The notes: generated by a model not told the origin, from the sequence alone. Positions 51,521-61,293 are shown, counted from the first letter of the stretch. The stretch: 64,000 bases of DNA from Candidatus Limnocylindrales bacterium (GCA_035308445.1 DATGGQ010000011.1:23902-87901), one strand, 5' to 3'. Numbers and translations are program-made.

Positions 51521-52602
51521 CGACCGAGTCCCGGGCCCGCGAGCCGCACGAGTACAGGCCGGCCCCGTACGACCCGCCGCCGGACCTGGCCCTCGTCATC
51601 ACGACGCCGATGGCTAGGGCCACCCACGTCCCGGCCGCGCCGCCGGTCGCGGCGCCAGCGCCGGTCGCCGTCACGATCGATGGCACCGCGGTCAGCGTCC
51701 CCGAGGGCTCGACGATCCTCGACGCCTGCCGGGCCGTGGGCAAGGACATCCCGACGCTCTGCTACCTCGAGAACCTGACCCCCGTGAACGTCTGCCGCGT
51801 CTGCGTCGTCGAGGTCAAGGGCGCCCGCGTCCTCGCTCCGGCGTGCTCCCGCCGGGTCGAGGCCGGCATGGAGGTCGAGACGGAATCCGAGCGGGTCCGG
51901 CACTCGCGCAAGACGGTGATCGAGTTCCTCGGCTCGTCGGTCGACACCTCGCTGGCCGGTCCGCAGCGGCCCGATGGCACGCTCGCCGCGTACGTCGAGC
52001 GCTACGGTGCCGACCCCTCGCGATTCGGGCCGGCCGCGTCACCGTCGCCGGCCGGTGCCCGCGACGCCCGCCAGCCCGGCCACCACCACGAGCCATCGGG
52101 CGCGGAGGCGGCGCAGGTGGCGACCGTTGGGCAGCCGGTGAAGGTCGACAACGACCTCTACGTCCGGGACTACTCGAAGTGCATCCTCTGCTACAAGTGC
52201 GTCGAGGCCTGCGGCGACGACGCCCAGAACACCTTCGCGATCGCGGTCGCGGGGCGCGGCTTCGATGCCCGGATCTCGACCGAGTGGAACGTGGGCCTGC
52301 CCGACTCGGCCTGCGTCTACTGCGGCAACTGCATCGGCGTCTGCCCGACCGGCGCGCTCATGTTCAAGTCGGAGCACGACATGCGGGCCGCCGGGACCTG
52401 GGACGAGGACGCTCAGTCCGTGACCTCGACGATCTGCCCGTACTGCGGTGTCGGCTGCGCCGTCGACGTCCACGTCCAGGACAACCGGATCGTGAAGGTG
52501 ACCTCGCCGATCGATTCGTCCGTCACCGACGGCCACCTCTGCATCAAGGGCCGCTTCGGCTTCGAGTTCACCAACGCCGGACCCCGCGCCGGCGAGGGCT
52601 GA
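51517..52602 (+). CDS. fdsA: formate dehydrogenase alpha subunit, N-terminal Fe-S portion (2Fe-2S ferredoxin + 2x[4Fe-4S] + Mo-site Fe4S4), stand-alone
   Basis: VTIDGTAVSVPEGSTILDACR...LCY...CRVCVVEV (2Fe-2S), CILCYKCVEAC / CVYCGNCIGVCP (ferredoxin 4Fe-4S), ends in TICPYCGVGC...HLCIKGRFGFEF (Molybdop_Fe4S4) and a stop. ATGA overlap with fdsGB. Confidence 0.85.
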   Translation: MTTESRAREPHEYRPAPYDPPPDLALVITTPMARATHVPAAPPVAAPAPVAVTIDGTAVSVPEGSTILDACRAVGKDIPTLCYLENLTPVNVCRVCVVEVKGARVLAPACSRRVEAGMEVETESERVRHSRKTVIEFLGSSVDTSLAGPQRPDGTLAAYVERYGADPSRFGPAASPSPAGARDARQPGHHHEPSGAEAAQVATVGQPVKVDNDLYVRDYSKCILCYKCVEACGDDAQNTFAIAVAGRGFDARISTEWNVGLPDSACVYCGNCIGVCPTGALMFKSEHDMRAAGTWDEDAQSVTSTICPYCGVGCAVDVHVQDNRIVKVTSPIDSSVTDGHLCIKGRFGFEFTNAGPRAGEG

Positions 52603-52611
52603 GGCCCCGTC

Positions 52612-53553
52612 CTAGCGGGCGGCCAGGAGGTCGCGCAGGTCGATGCGGCCGTCGTGGCTGTAAACGTTGAAGCCGTCGCCCCGCAGGAACCCGACGAGCG
52701 TCACCCCGAGCCGCTCGGCGAGGCGGATCGCCAGGTCGGACGGGGCCGAGACCGCACAGATGATCGGGATCCCGGCCATCGCCGCCTTCTGGACGATCTC
52801 GAAGCTGACCCGACCGGACACGAGCAAGAGGCGGTCCCAGAGCGGCAGCTCGTGCACCCGGACCCGTGAGCCGATCAGCTTGTCCAGGGCGTTGTGCCGG
52901 CCGACATCCTCTCGGATCGCGACGAGACGCCCGTCCGTCTCGAACAGGCCGGCGGCGTGGAGTCCGCCGGTCCGCTCGAACGCAGCCTGCGCGGCCCGGA
53001 GCCGGTCCGGCAGGGAGAGGACGACCGCGCGACTGACGACCGGGAGGCCGACGGGCAGCGGCTCGCACCGGACGGCGACATCGTCGATCGAGGCCTTGCC
53101 GCAGATCCCGCAGGAGGCGGTCGCGACGAAGTTGCGGGCCGCGAGGCGCGACGGGTCGAACGGCCGGGCGAGGCGGACGAGGACGCTGTCGTCGGGCTGC
53201 GACTGCGTCGCCGGGTCGCCGTAGCGGACGCCCGCGATCTCGTTGCCGGCGAGCAGGCCCTCCGTGGTCAGGAACCCGATCGCGAGCTCGTCCTCGTAGC
53301 CCGGCGTCCGCATCGTGACCGCGACCTGGACGGGTTCCTGGCGCGGGCCGGCCGCGCGAATCTCGAGCGGCTCCTCGCCGACGACGAGGTCGTCGCGCAC
53401 CTCGAGCACCTCGCCCCGGACCGCCACGACCTTCGTGCCGGTGACGTGGCGGATCGGCAGGGAGGGGTCGAGGGGCTCGGAGCGCTTGACCGGCGCCGGG
53501 CTCGGCTCGACGGGGGCCCGCCGAGCCGGTCCAGGCCCGGTCGGTGTCCTCAT
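52612..53553 (-). CDS. fdhD: formate dehydrogenase accessory sulfurtransferase
   Basis: FdhD motifs (ASCGICG, GRHNALDK), ~310 aa. Confidence 0.85.
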   Translation of the reverse strand: MRTPTGPGPARRAPVEPSPAPVKRSEPLDPSLPIRHVTGTKVVAVRGEVLEVRDDLVVGEEPLEIRAAGPRQEPVQVAVTMRTPGYEDELAIGFLTTEGLLAGNEIAGVRYGDPATQSQPDDSVLVRLARPFDPSRLAARNFVATASCGICGKASIDDVAVRCEPLPVGLPVVSRAVVLSLPDRLRAAQAAFERTGGLHAAGLFETDGRLVAIREDVGRHNALDKLIGSRVRVHELPLWDRLLLVSGRVSFEIVQKAAMAGIPIICAVSAPSDLAIRLAERLGVTLVGFLRGDGFNVYSHDGRIDLRDLLAAR

Positions 53554-53819
53554 GCGGCGGGCTGGCCCGCTCCGTGGGAATGGAGATGAAGGTGGGGCTT
53601 CCGGTCCGGGCCGGGCTCCACGGTCCCACCGACGGCGAGCAGCAGACGCTCGGAGGCCTCCGCGATCTCCTGGATCGCGGCCTCGAACGCGGCCGCATTG
53701 CGAGCCGACGGGACGCGGTAGCCGCTCACCTTCCGGACGAACTGGCGAGCGGCGGCTTCGACCTCGCCGGTGGTCGCCGGGACCTCGGAATCACGCAGGG
53801 TGCGGATGCTTCGACACAT
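53550..53819 (-). CDS. DUF2277 domain-containing protein
   Basis: MCRSIRTLRD...FVRKVSGYR N-terminus characteristic of the DUF2277 small-protein family. ATGA-coupled to fdhD. Confidence 0.6.
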   Translation of the reverse strand: MCRSIRTLRDSEVPATTGEVEAAARQFVRKVSGYRVPSARNAAAFEAAIQEIAEASERLLLAVGGTVEPGPDRKPHLHLHSHGAGQPAA

Positions 53820-53988
53820 GGGCGGAGCGTACCAGCGGGCCCGTCGAAGCCTCCCCGGCAGCCCGGTGCCGGGTGGCTGGGCGCACCGCGTTGTAATGCG
53901 GACGTTATTCGCTTCGGACCCGGAAGGACGATGATGTCGGTCCGGGCCCGCGTGCCCGTGTCGACCGCATGGGAGGCGCCTCGAACCG

Positions 53989-56280
53989 GTGGACCCGACG
54001 GTTCTCCTCTTCACGCTGACCTTCTTCTTCCTGTTCGGCGTGTCGGCCTGGCGCTTCCTCCGCCGGCCCGGCCCGCTGGAGCTGTCGGTCCTGGCCGTCT
54101 TCGGGGCGTTCGCCGCCCTCCTCGTCCTGAACGTGATCAACGCCTCGGTCCCGTCCCTGACGCCGATCTTCCGCCCCGCGCTCGTCGCGATCCTGTTCCT
54201 CCAGCCGTACCTCGTGCTCCGCCTCGTCGACCAGATCCAGCGGGTCCCGCTCGGGATCTCCCGGGCGGTGCTCCTCGGGGCCGTCGCCGCAACGGCGGCC
54301 GTGGTCGCCGCACCGGGCCACACGGTCGCGACGATCCCGGCCGTCGCCTACTTCTTCCTCGCCCAGACCGTGGCGGCCGCCCGGTTCGCCGTGGCGAGCC
54401 GGCGTCGGTTCGGCATGGCCCGGATCCGGCTCGCGCTCGCGTCCGTCGCGACCGGGCTCTTCGGCGGCGCCCTCCTCATCGCGGGCATCGGCGCGGCCGC
54501 GGCCAACGGCGGAGCGACATCGCCGGCGGTCGTCCAGGGCTCGCGTCTCGCGGGGATCCTCGCCGGGTTCGGCTACCTCGCAGCCTTCGTCGCACCAGCC
54601 TGGCTGCGCCGGTTCGCCTACCGGGCGCTGGCCTTCGACCTCGTCCGGTCCCTGGTCGCCCCGCCGGTCGGCACCGACGCCGGCCGGCTCTGGGAGCAGC
54701 TGGCGTCGACGGCCCGGGAGATCCTCGGGGCGCGTCGCGTCGAGATCCTGGCGGAGCCGGGGGGCCAGGCCCTCGCGAGCGTCGGAGGACAGCCGGAATC
54801 CGCCGGCGCGGAAGGCGTCGACGGATCGGCGACCGCCGCGTCGGGTCGCGTGCCGATGTCGATCATCCAGGTCCGCGTTCGCGCAGCCGGCGGGCCGAGC
54901 GAGCAGCTCGGGGCGGAGATCGAGGGCCGCCCGCTGTTCGTGGAGGACGACGTCGCCCTGCTCCAGCTGCTCGGCTCGCTGACGGCCCGGGCGGTCGACC
55001 GCGAGGGTGCCCTGATCGGTCTCGGGGAGGCGAAGCGGGCGATCGAGGAATCGGCCGTCCTGCGCGCCAGCGAGGCTCGCTTCCGGGCCCTCCTCGAGGC
55101 CGATCCGAACGCCGTCCTCGCCCTCGACGAGAACGGCAAGGTCACGTGGGCCACCCGCCAGGCGGGCGAGGTGTTCGGCTCGCGGGCCGAGGACCTCATC
55201 GGGGTCCGCCTCGCCGACCTCGTCGTCCTGCCCTCGGACCACGCCGCTCCCGGACCGGCGCTCTCGGCCGACGGGGGCGTCTTCCGAGCCGAGACCACCG
55301 GCCGCCGCTCGGATGGCACGCGCTTCCCGGCCGAGATCGCCCGATCCGAGTTCGAGCTCGACGGCCGACCGTTCCAGCTCGCGGTCATCTCGGATGTCAG
55401 CTGGCGTCACGAGGCCGACCAGATCCGGGAGCGCTTCCTGGGGGTGCTGTCGCACGAGCTGCGGACCCCCGTCACGTCGATCTACGGCGGCACGCAGCTC
55501 CTGCTCGGCCGGGGGGCCCGCCTCGATCCGGCGACGCGCGCCGACCTGCTCGTCGGCATCGCCGCCGAATCCGAGCGGCTCCAGCGGATGATCGAGAACC
55601 TCGTGGCGATGGCGCGCATCGAGCGCGGCGCCGAGTACTCCGGCCCACGTCCGGTCCTCGTCGAGCGGATCATCCGGGGGCTCGTCGAGCGCGAACGGGC
55701 GCTCTGGCCCGAGGTCACGATCCGGATGTCGAACCGCGGGCCGATCTCGATGGTCGCGGCCGACGAGGAATACCTCGCCCAGATCATGCGGAACCTGCTG
55801 TCGAACGCGGCGAAGTACGGCGGGCCGGGCTCGACGGTCGACGTCGAGCTGGTCGACGGGCCGGAGGAGGTCCACATCCTCGTCCGCGACGACGGTCCGG
55901 GCATCAGCCCCGAGGACGCCGACAAGCTGTTCAACCTGTACTACCGTGCCGCGCCGGCGGCCGCGTCCGCCCCCGGCGCCGGGATCGGCCTGTTCGTCTG
56001 CCATGAGCTCGTCGCGTCGATGGGCGGGCGCATCTGGGCCACGGCGCTCCCGGAGCGCGGCGCCGAGTTCGGGTTCAGCCTGCCGGTCTACCCGGACGAG
56101 CCGGAGCCGGTGGACGTGCCCGCGCCTGGTATCGTCGCGAAGGACTCGACCAACGGCTCGACACCGGCTCCGGAGCCGACCCATGGCGACGGCTCCACGC
56201 CGACGCCGTCGCCGGCACCATCGCCGTCACCCGAGCCGGTCCCGGCGGCCCGCCGCAGCCGGACGCCGACGGCGGCATAG
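53989..56280 (+). CDS. membrane sensor histidine kinase (multi-TM sensor, PAS, HisKA, HATPase_c), no adjacent response regulator
   Basis: Six or more N-terminal TM helices, PAS region (NAVLALDENGKVTWATRQ), H-box LSHELRTPVTSI, N/G boxes (NLLSNAAKYG, GAGIGLF), Pro/Ser-rich tail. GTG start. Confidence 0.85.
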   Translation: MDPTVLLFTLTFFFLFGVSAWRFLRRPGPLELSVLAVFGAFAALLVLNVINASVPSLTPIFRPALVAILFLQPYLVLRLVDQIQRVPLGISRAVLLGAVAATAAVVAAPGHTVATIPAVAYFFLAQTVAAARFAVASRRRFGMARIRLALASVATGLFGGALLIAGIGAAAANGGATSPAVVQGSRLAGILAGFGYLAAFVAPAWLRRFAYRALAFDLVRSLVAPPVGTDAGRLWEQLASTAREILGARRVEILAEPGGQALASVGGQPESAGAEGVDGSATAASGRVPMSIIQVRVRAAGGPSEQLGAEIEGRPLFVEDDVALLQLLGSLTARAVDREGALIGLGEAKRAIEESAVLRASEARFRALLEADPNAVLALDENGKVTWATRQAGEVFGSRAEDLIGVRLADLVVLPSDHAAPGPALSADGGVFRAETTGRRSDGTRFPAEIARSEFELDGRPFQLAVISDVSWRHEADQIRERFLGVLSHELRTPVTSIYGGTQLLLGRGARLDPATRADLLVGIAAESERLQRMIENLVAMARIERGAEYSGPRPVLVERIIRGLVERERALWPEVTIRMSNRGPISMVAADEEYLAQIMRNLLSNAAKYGGPGSTVDVELVDGPEEVHILVRDDGPGISPEDADKLFNLYYRAAPAAASAPGAGIGLFVCHELVASMGGRIWATALPERGAEFGFSLPVYPDEPEPVDVPAPGIVAKDSTNGSTPAPEPTHGDGSTPTPSPAPSPSPEPVPAARRSRTPTAA

Positions 56281-56349
56281 CGTCGGCCTCGGCCGGAAGC
56301 CTCGGTCCGCACCGGGAGCAGCCGTCCGCGCCGGGATCAACCGTCCGCG

Positions 56350-57726
56350 CTATGCGAGCGGGGCGAACCTCGCGCTGAAGTGGCGCAGCGCCGGCGGACT
56401 CTCCGTGATCCGCATCCCGCGGAGCGACCCGGCTCGCTCGGCCACCCAGGTGACCACCTCGATCGCATAGTCGACGTGGCTCTGCGTGTACGTCCGGCGC
56501 GGGATCGCCAGCCTGACCAGGTCCATCGCGGCGGGCGTCTCGGTCCCGTCCGGGTGCTGCCCGAATATCACGGTCCCGATCTCGCAGCCGCGGATCCCGC
56601 CTTCGCGATAGAGCGCCACGGCGAGGGACTGGCCCGGGTACTGCAGCGGCGGGATGTGCGGCAGCAGCCTGCGCGCGTCGAGGTAGATCGCGTGGCCGCC
56701 GAACGGCTTCACGAGCGGGACGCCGGCCTTGTCGAGCGCCTCGCCGAAGTACGCCGTCGACCGGATCCGGTAGCGGAGGTAGTCGTCGTCGACGACCTCG
56801 CGGAGGCCCTGGGCGATCGCCTCGAGGTCGCGGCCGGCCAGGCCGCCGTAGGTCACGAAGCCCTCCGTCAGGATCAGCAGGTTGCGGCATTGCTCGGCGA
56901 GCGCGTCGTCGTCCATCGCCAGCCAGCCACCGATGTTCGCGAGGCCGTCCTTCTTGGCCGACATCGTCATGCCGTTCGCCAGCGATGCCATCTCGCGGAC
57001 GATCTCGACGACCGGCCGATCCGCCATCCCGGGCTCGCGGAGCTTGATGAACCAGGCGTTCTCGGCGAAGCGGCAGGCGTCGAGGAAGAGGGGCACGCCG
57101 TGGCGGTCGCAGACCTCGCGAACCGCCCGCAGGTTCGCCAGCGAGACCGGCTGGCCGCCGCCCGAGTTGTTCGTCACCGTGACGAACACGACCGGCACGT
57201 CGCCGGCCCGGTCCCGGAGGAGCACCTCGAGCGCCTCGACGTCCATGTTCCCCTTGAACGGGTGGTCAGCGGCGGGATCGCGACCCTCGGGGATGACCAG
57301 GTCGACGGCCTCCGCGCCGGTGAACTCGACGTTCGCCCGGGTCGTGTCGAAGTGGGTGTTGTTCGGGATGACCTTGCCCGGGCCGCCGATGACGGAGAAC
57401 AGGATCTTCTCGGCGGCCCGGCCCTGGTGGGTCGGGATCACGTGCCGGAACGGGAACAGCGCCTGGACGCTCTCGAGGAACGCATACCAGGACGGCGACC
57501 CCGCGTAGCTCTCGTCACCGTGCTGGATGGCGGCCCACTGGTCCCGCGACATCGCCCCCGTGCCGGAGTCGGTCAGGAAGTCGACGAGGACATCGTCGGC
57601 GTGCAGGTTGAAGAGGTTCCAGCCGGCGGCTTCGAGGGCCCCCTCACGCTCCTCGACCGTCGTCAGCCGGATGGGCTCGACGGAGTGGATCCGGAACGGC
57701 TCGATGATCGTTCGCCAGTGGTCCAC
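56350..57726 (-). CDS. tnaA: tryptophanase / tyrosine phenol-lyase family beta-eliminating lyase
   Basis: Full-length match to TnaA/TPL architecture, PLP-lysine region SAKKDGLANIGG. Confidence 0.85.
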   Translation of the reverse strand: MDHWRTIIEPFRIHSVEPIRLTTVEEREGALEAAGWNLFNLHADDVLVDFLTDSGTGAMSRDQWAAIQHGDESYAGSPSWYAFLESVQALFPFRHVIPTHQGRAAEKILFSVIGGPGKVIPNNTHFDTTRANVEFTGAEAVDLVIPEGRDPAADHPFKGNMDVEALEVLLRDRAGDVPVVFVTVTNNSGGGQPVSLANLRAVREVCDRHGVPLFLDACRFAENAWFIKLREPGMADRPVVEIVREMASLANGMTMSAKKDGLANIGGWLAMDDDALAEQCRNLLILTEGFVTYGGLAGRDLEAIAQGLREVVDDDYLRYRIRSTAYFGEALDKAGVPLVKPFGGHAIYLDARRLLPHIPPLQYPGQSLAVALYREGGIRGCEIGTVIFGQHPDGTETPAAMDLVRLAIPRRTYTQSHVDYAIEVVTWVAERAGSLRGMRITESPPALRHFSARFAPLA

Positions 57727-57769
57727 CGCCCGAGTCTAGGCCCGGGGGCCGGCGGACCAGAGTGCCGAT

Positions 57770-58348
57770 TCATCCCAGGTGCCAGTAGATCGGACCCGTC
57801 CAGCAGTGGTCGAGGGCCAGGCACGCGCCCTTCGTGAGATCCCATTCCCGACCGCTCACGTACGGGCCGCGATCGACGACCGGAACCGTGATGGTCCGGC
57901 CGGCCCACCTGAACGTGACCAAGGTGCCGCACGGCAGCGTCCGGTTCGCGACGCCGAGGAGCGTCGCCGTCAGCGTCTCGCCGCAGGCCGTCCGATTGCC
58001 GTAGAAGCCAGGGCCGTACCAGCTCAGCTGGTGGTCGTAGTGCCAGGCGGCGACGACGATCGCGGGTGCCGGTGGGCCGACGACGGCGGGACGGATCGGC
58101 GGCGCCGAGGGCGGCAGCGGCTCGCTGAGCGGCGCGTCCGGAGCCAGGGCGCCGGCGGACCGGCCGGCCAGGTCGAGGAGGGTCGTCGTCGACGTAGCGA
58201 GATCGCGACCGAGCGTCACGGGCTGGAAGGCCCCCTCGGCGATCTGCTGCTGAGAGTCGGACGGACGGGATCCGGCCGCGGCGGGGACGACGACCAAGGC
58301 GAGCGCGGCGATGAGGACCACGCCCGCGACGACCCGTCGGGGTCGCAT
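57770..58348 (-). CDS. RlpA-like double-psi beta-barrel protein (secreted)
   Basis: Signal anchor, Pro-rich linker, DPBB motif (SWYGPGFYGNRTACGE...GRTITVPVVDRGPY). Confidence 0.7.
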   Translation of the reverse strand: MRPRRVVAGVVLIAALALVVVPAAAGSRPSDSQQQIAEGAFQPVTLGRDLATSTTTLLDLAGRSAGALAPDAPLSEPLPPSAPPIRPAVVGPPAPAIVVAAWHYDHQLSWYGPGFYGNRTACGETLTATLLGVANRTLPCGTLVTFRWAGRTITVPVVDRGPYVSGREWDLTKGACLALDHCWTGPIYWHLG

Positions 58349-58440
58349 GTCGCGGCGAACCGTAGCCGGGCAGGGGTTGCGCGCCGTCGGCCTCGAGCGA
58401 CGCGACCGTCACGGGCCTGTGACATCGTCGTGACAACCGC

Positions 58441-59424
58441 ATGACAGTCACCGATCGCACGACGCCGGGCTCCCCTGCCGCCGATGCCGAGGATCGCCTC
58501 GAGCTCGTCCGGCCGATCGACCTCGTCGGGACGCTCCGACCCCTGTGGCGCGGACCGGGCGACCCGACGATGCGGCTCGCCGCGAGCAGCGTGGCTCGGG
58601 CGTGCCAGACGCCCGACGGGCCCGGCGCGATGGTGGTCGATCTCGTGGCCGGGACCGCCCGAGTTCGCGCCTGGGGCCCGGGCGCGGCCTGGCTTGCCGC
58701 GCATGCGCCGGCCTTCCTCGGCTTCGACGATGACGACGCCGGGTTCGAGCCAACCCTCCACCCGGTCGTCGCACGCCTGGCCCGCGGGCGACCCGGGCTC
58801 CATCTCGGCCGCACGGGGCTGGTGTTCGATGCGCTGCTGCCGGCGGTCCTCGAGCAGAAGATCACGGGGCAGGAGGCGTTCCGCTCGTATCGGCGGCTCA
58901 TCCATCGGCACGGCTCGGCGGCTCCCGGCCCGACCGGGCTCCACGTCCCGCCGTCGGCGGCGGTGATCGCCCGCCTGCCGTCATGGTCGTGGCCGCCGCT
59001 CGGCATCGAGCCGCGCCGGGGCGCCCTCCTGCGTCGGATCGCCGCGGAGACGCCGCGGCTCGAGGCACTGGCCGTCGCTGCTCGCGAGCCCGGTGGCGGC
59101 GGCGCCGGAGCCTCGGTTCTGGCGACCCGGCTCCGCGCATTCGCCGGAGTCGGGCCGTGGACCGCGGCCGAGGTGACGCTCCGGGCCCTCGGCGATCCCG
59201 ATGCCGTCTCGATCGGAGACGCCCATCTGCCGGACCTCGTCGCGTGGACGCTGGCGGGCGAGATCCGCGGGACCGACGCGCGGATGCTCGAACTCCTCGC
59301 GCCGTGGGCGGGTCACCGCGCCCGGGTGATGCGCCTGCTCGAGAGCGGCGGATCGGCGCCGCCGCGGTTCGGGCCGCGGGTGGCGCCGCGCGACATCAGC
59401 CGGATCGACGCGGTCGATCGCTGA
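58441..59424 (+). CDS. HhH-GPD family DNA glycosylase (AlkA-like 3-methyladenine glycosylase II)
   Basis: HhH-GPD signature region (GVGPWTAAEVTLRALGDPDAVSIGD), ~320 aa. Confidence 0.7.
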   Translation: MTVTDRTTPGSPAADAEDRLELVRPIDLVGTLRPLWRGPGDPTMRLAASSVARACQTPDGPGAMVVDLVAGTARVRAWGPGAAWLAAHAPAFLGFDDDDAGFEPTLHPVVARLARGRPGLHLGRTGLVFDALLPAVLEQKITGQEAFRSYRRLIHRHGSAAPGPTGLHVPPSAAVIARLPSWSWPPLGIEPRRGALLRRIAAETPRLEALAVAAREPGGGGAGASVLATRLRAFAGVGPWTAAEVTLRALGDPDAVSIGDAHLPDLVAWTLAGEIRGTDARMLELLAPWAGHRARVMRLLESGGSAPPRFGPRVAPRDISRIDAVDR

Positions 59425-59429
59425 CCGTT

Positions 59430-59975
59430 CTACGGGGTCGCGGAAGCGCCGGGTCCGCCGAGGAAGCCGCGACCGCCGCCGAGTGCGGCGATGTCGCCGA
59501 TGATCACGCGGGTCGCGGTGACGCTCCCATCCGGGTTGGCGGTGCCAACGACCGTCACCGTTTCGCCACTCGCGATGTCGGTGAGGGCCTTTGTCGCTGC
59601 GGACACCTCGGTGACCGTGGTCTGCGGCGTCAGGAGCACGATCCGCGAGCCGGTGGCCGTTGTGATCGTCATCTGGTTGGTCGAGACGGAGCCGACGGTC
59701 CCCGAGGCACCGCCGGCGAAGCCGCCGCCGTTCCGTGGCCGGCCGGATGCCCCGGGTCCGAAGAAGCCGCCGTTTCCATTGACGCCGGTGTCGCCCCGCG
59801 TGGGCGTTGCGGTCAGGTTCGCCGCCGCGTAGCCGACGCCGAACGACGCGATCGCCAGCACCAGTCCGCCGACGGCCGGCAAGAGGAAGCGCCTGGCGCC
59901 TGGCTTCGATTTGGCGGGCCGGATCGGCACACTGCCTGGATCGAACGGTGCCGGCTGGTCGACCGGACCTGACAT
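59430..59975 (-). CDS. DUF5666-like secreted/membrane-anchored Gly-rich protein
   Basis: N-terminal TM anchor, Gly-rich spacer, repeated beta-rich TVTxV motifs. Last gene of the ABC efflux operon. Confidence 0.5.
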   Translation of the reverse strand: MSGPVDQPAPFDPGSVPIRPAKSKPGARRFLLPAVGGLVLAIASFGVGYAAANLTATPTRGDTGVNGNGGFFGPGASGRPRNGGGFAGGASGTVGSVSTNQMTITTATGSRIVLLTPQTTVTEVSAATKALTDIASGETVTVVGTANPDGSVTATRVIIGDIAALGGGRGFLGGPGASATP

Positions 59976-60035
59976 GGGATCTGCCTCCTGGAGGGATTCG
60001 TGACCCGGACGCCGGGTCGAGCGGCCATGGCCGAG

Positions 60036-61292
60036 CTATTCGGTCCGCAGCGCGACGATTGGCTGGAGCCCGGCGGCGCGACGCGCCGGATAGAACCCAA
60101 AGATGAGCCCGACGGCCGCGCTGACGCCGATGGCAACGAGCAAGGAGATCGGGGTGACCGTCGCCGGGACGCTCGTGAGGTTGGCGATGGCCACGGAAAC
60201 GAGGATCCCGATCGCGGCTCCGACGAGCCCTCCGATCGAAGTCAGGGCGACCGCCTCGATGAGGAACTGGCCGAGGATGTCCCGACGTCGCGCCCCGAGT
60301 GCCTTGCGCAGCCCGATCTCGCGAGTTCGCTCGGTCACCGAGACCAGCATGATGTTCATGATTCCGATCCCGCCGACGATCAGGCTGATGCTCCCGATCG
60401 CCGCGAGCAGCACCGTGAACGTCGAGGACGCCGACGTCGCCGCTGACAAGAGGTCCTGCTGTGTCTGGACGGCGAAGTCGGCCTGGGTCGGATCGGTGAT
60501 GTGGTGGGTCCCCAGCAGGACCTGTGTGGCCTCGGTTTCGGCGTTGGTCATCGCGTCCTGGCTCACGGCGCTGATCGCGATCGTGCTGACGTTGGTGCGA
60601 CCGAAGATCCGCTGGGCGGCGGTCGTGACCGGCACCACGACCTGGTCGTCCTGATTGAAGAACCCGCCGGCAGTGCCTTTGGCAGCGAGCACGCCGACGA
60701 CCTGGAGGCGAACCGTGCGGATCGGAGCGTTCCGGCCACCTGACGAGAAGCTGAGGCTGAGATACTGGCCAACCGGCTCACCGCCATTGAACAGGTTGCT
60801 CGCTGTCGTCGCGCCGATGACCGCAACTGGAGCATTGGAGTTGACATCGTTCTGGGTGAAGAACGCGCCGTCGGCGATTGACCAGTTGCGAACCGTCAGG
60901 TAATCCGGCGTCGTTCCGGTAACCGTCGTGTTCGTGTTCTGGCCGCCGACAACGACCTGGGCGCGACCCGTGAGCTCCGGCTCGATCGCGGCCGCGTCCG
61001 GCACGGCGCCGGCTGCCTGCAGGGCCGTGACGTCGTCGAGCGTCAGGGTGGTGGCCGCTCCGCCCGCGCCGCGGGCCAGTCCGGTGGAAACGCCGCCAGG
61101 AGAGACGAGGACGAGGTTCGTGCCGAGGCCGTTCAACGTGTTGGAGATGGACGCGGAAGCGCCCTCGCCGACGGACACCATCCCGATCACCGCAGCGACG
61201 CCGACGAGGATCCCGAGGATCGTCAGGGCAGCTCGAAGCTTGTTCGCGGCAGTGGCGACGAGCGCGGTGCGAATCGTCTCGCTGATCGGCAT
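60036..61292 (-). CDS. ABC transporter permease, MacB/FtsX family
   Basis: N-terminal TM, large periplasmic domain, C-terminal FtsX 3-TM bundle (GGIGIMNIMLVSVTERTREIG). Confidence 0.85.
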   Translation of the reverse strand: MPISETIRTALVATAANKLRAALTILGILVGVAAVIGMVSVGEGASASISNTLNGLGTNLVLVSPGGVSTGLARGAGGAATTLTLDDVTALQAAGAVPDAAAIEPELTGRAQVVVGGQNTNTTVTGTTPDYLTVRNWSIADGAFFTQNDVNSNAPVAVIGATTASNLFNGGEPVGQYLSLSFSSGGRNAPIRTVRLQVVGVLAAKGTAGGFFNQDDQVVVPVTTAAQRIFGRTNVSTIAISAVSQDAMTNAETEATQVLLGTHHITDPTQADFAVQTQQDLLSAATSASSTFTVLLAAIGSISLIVGGIGIMNIMLVSVTERTREIGLRKALGARRRDILGQFLIEAVALTSIGGLVGAAIGILVSVAIANLTSVPATVTPISLLVAIGVSAAVGLIFGFYPARRAAGLQPIVALRTE

Positions 61293-61293
61293 G

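Noticed and set aside
53905-56184. 759-aa minus-strand ORF, and 53544..56006 plus alternate frame
   Set aside because: Overlap the histidine kinase, which has H-, N- and G-boxes in its own frame.
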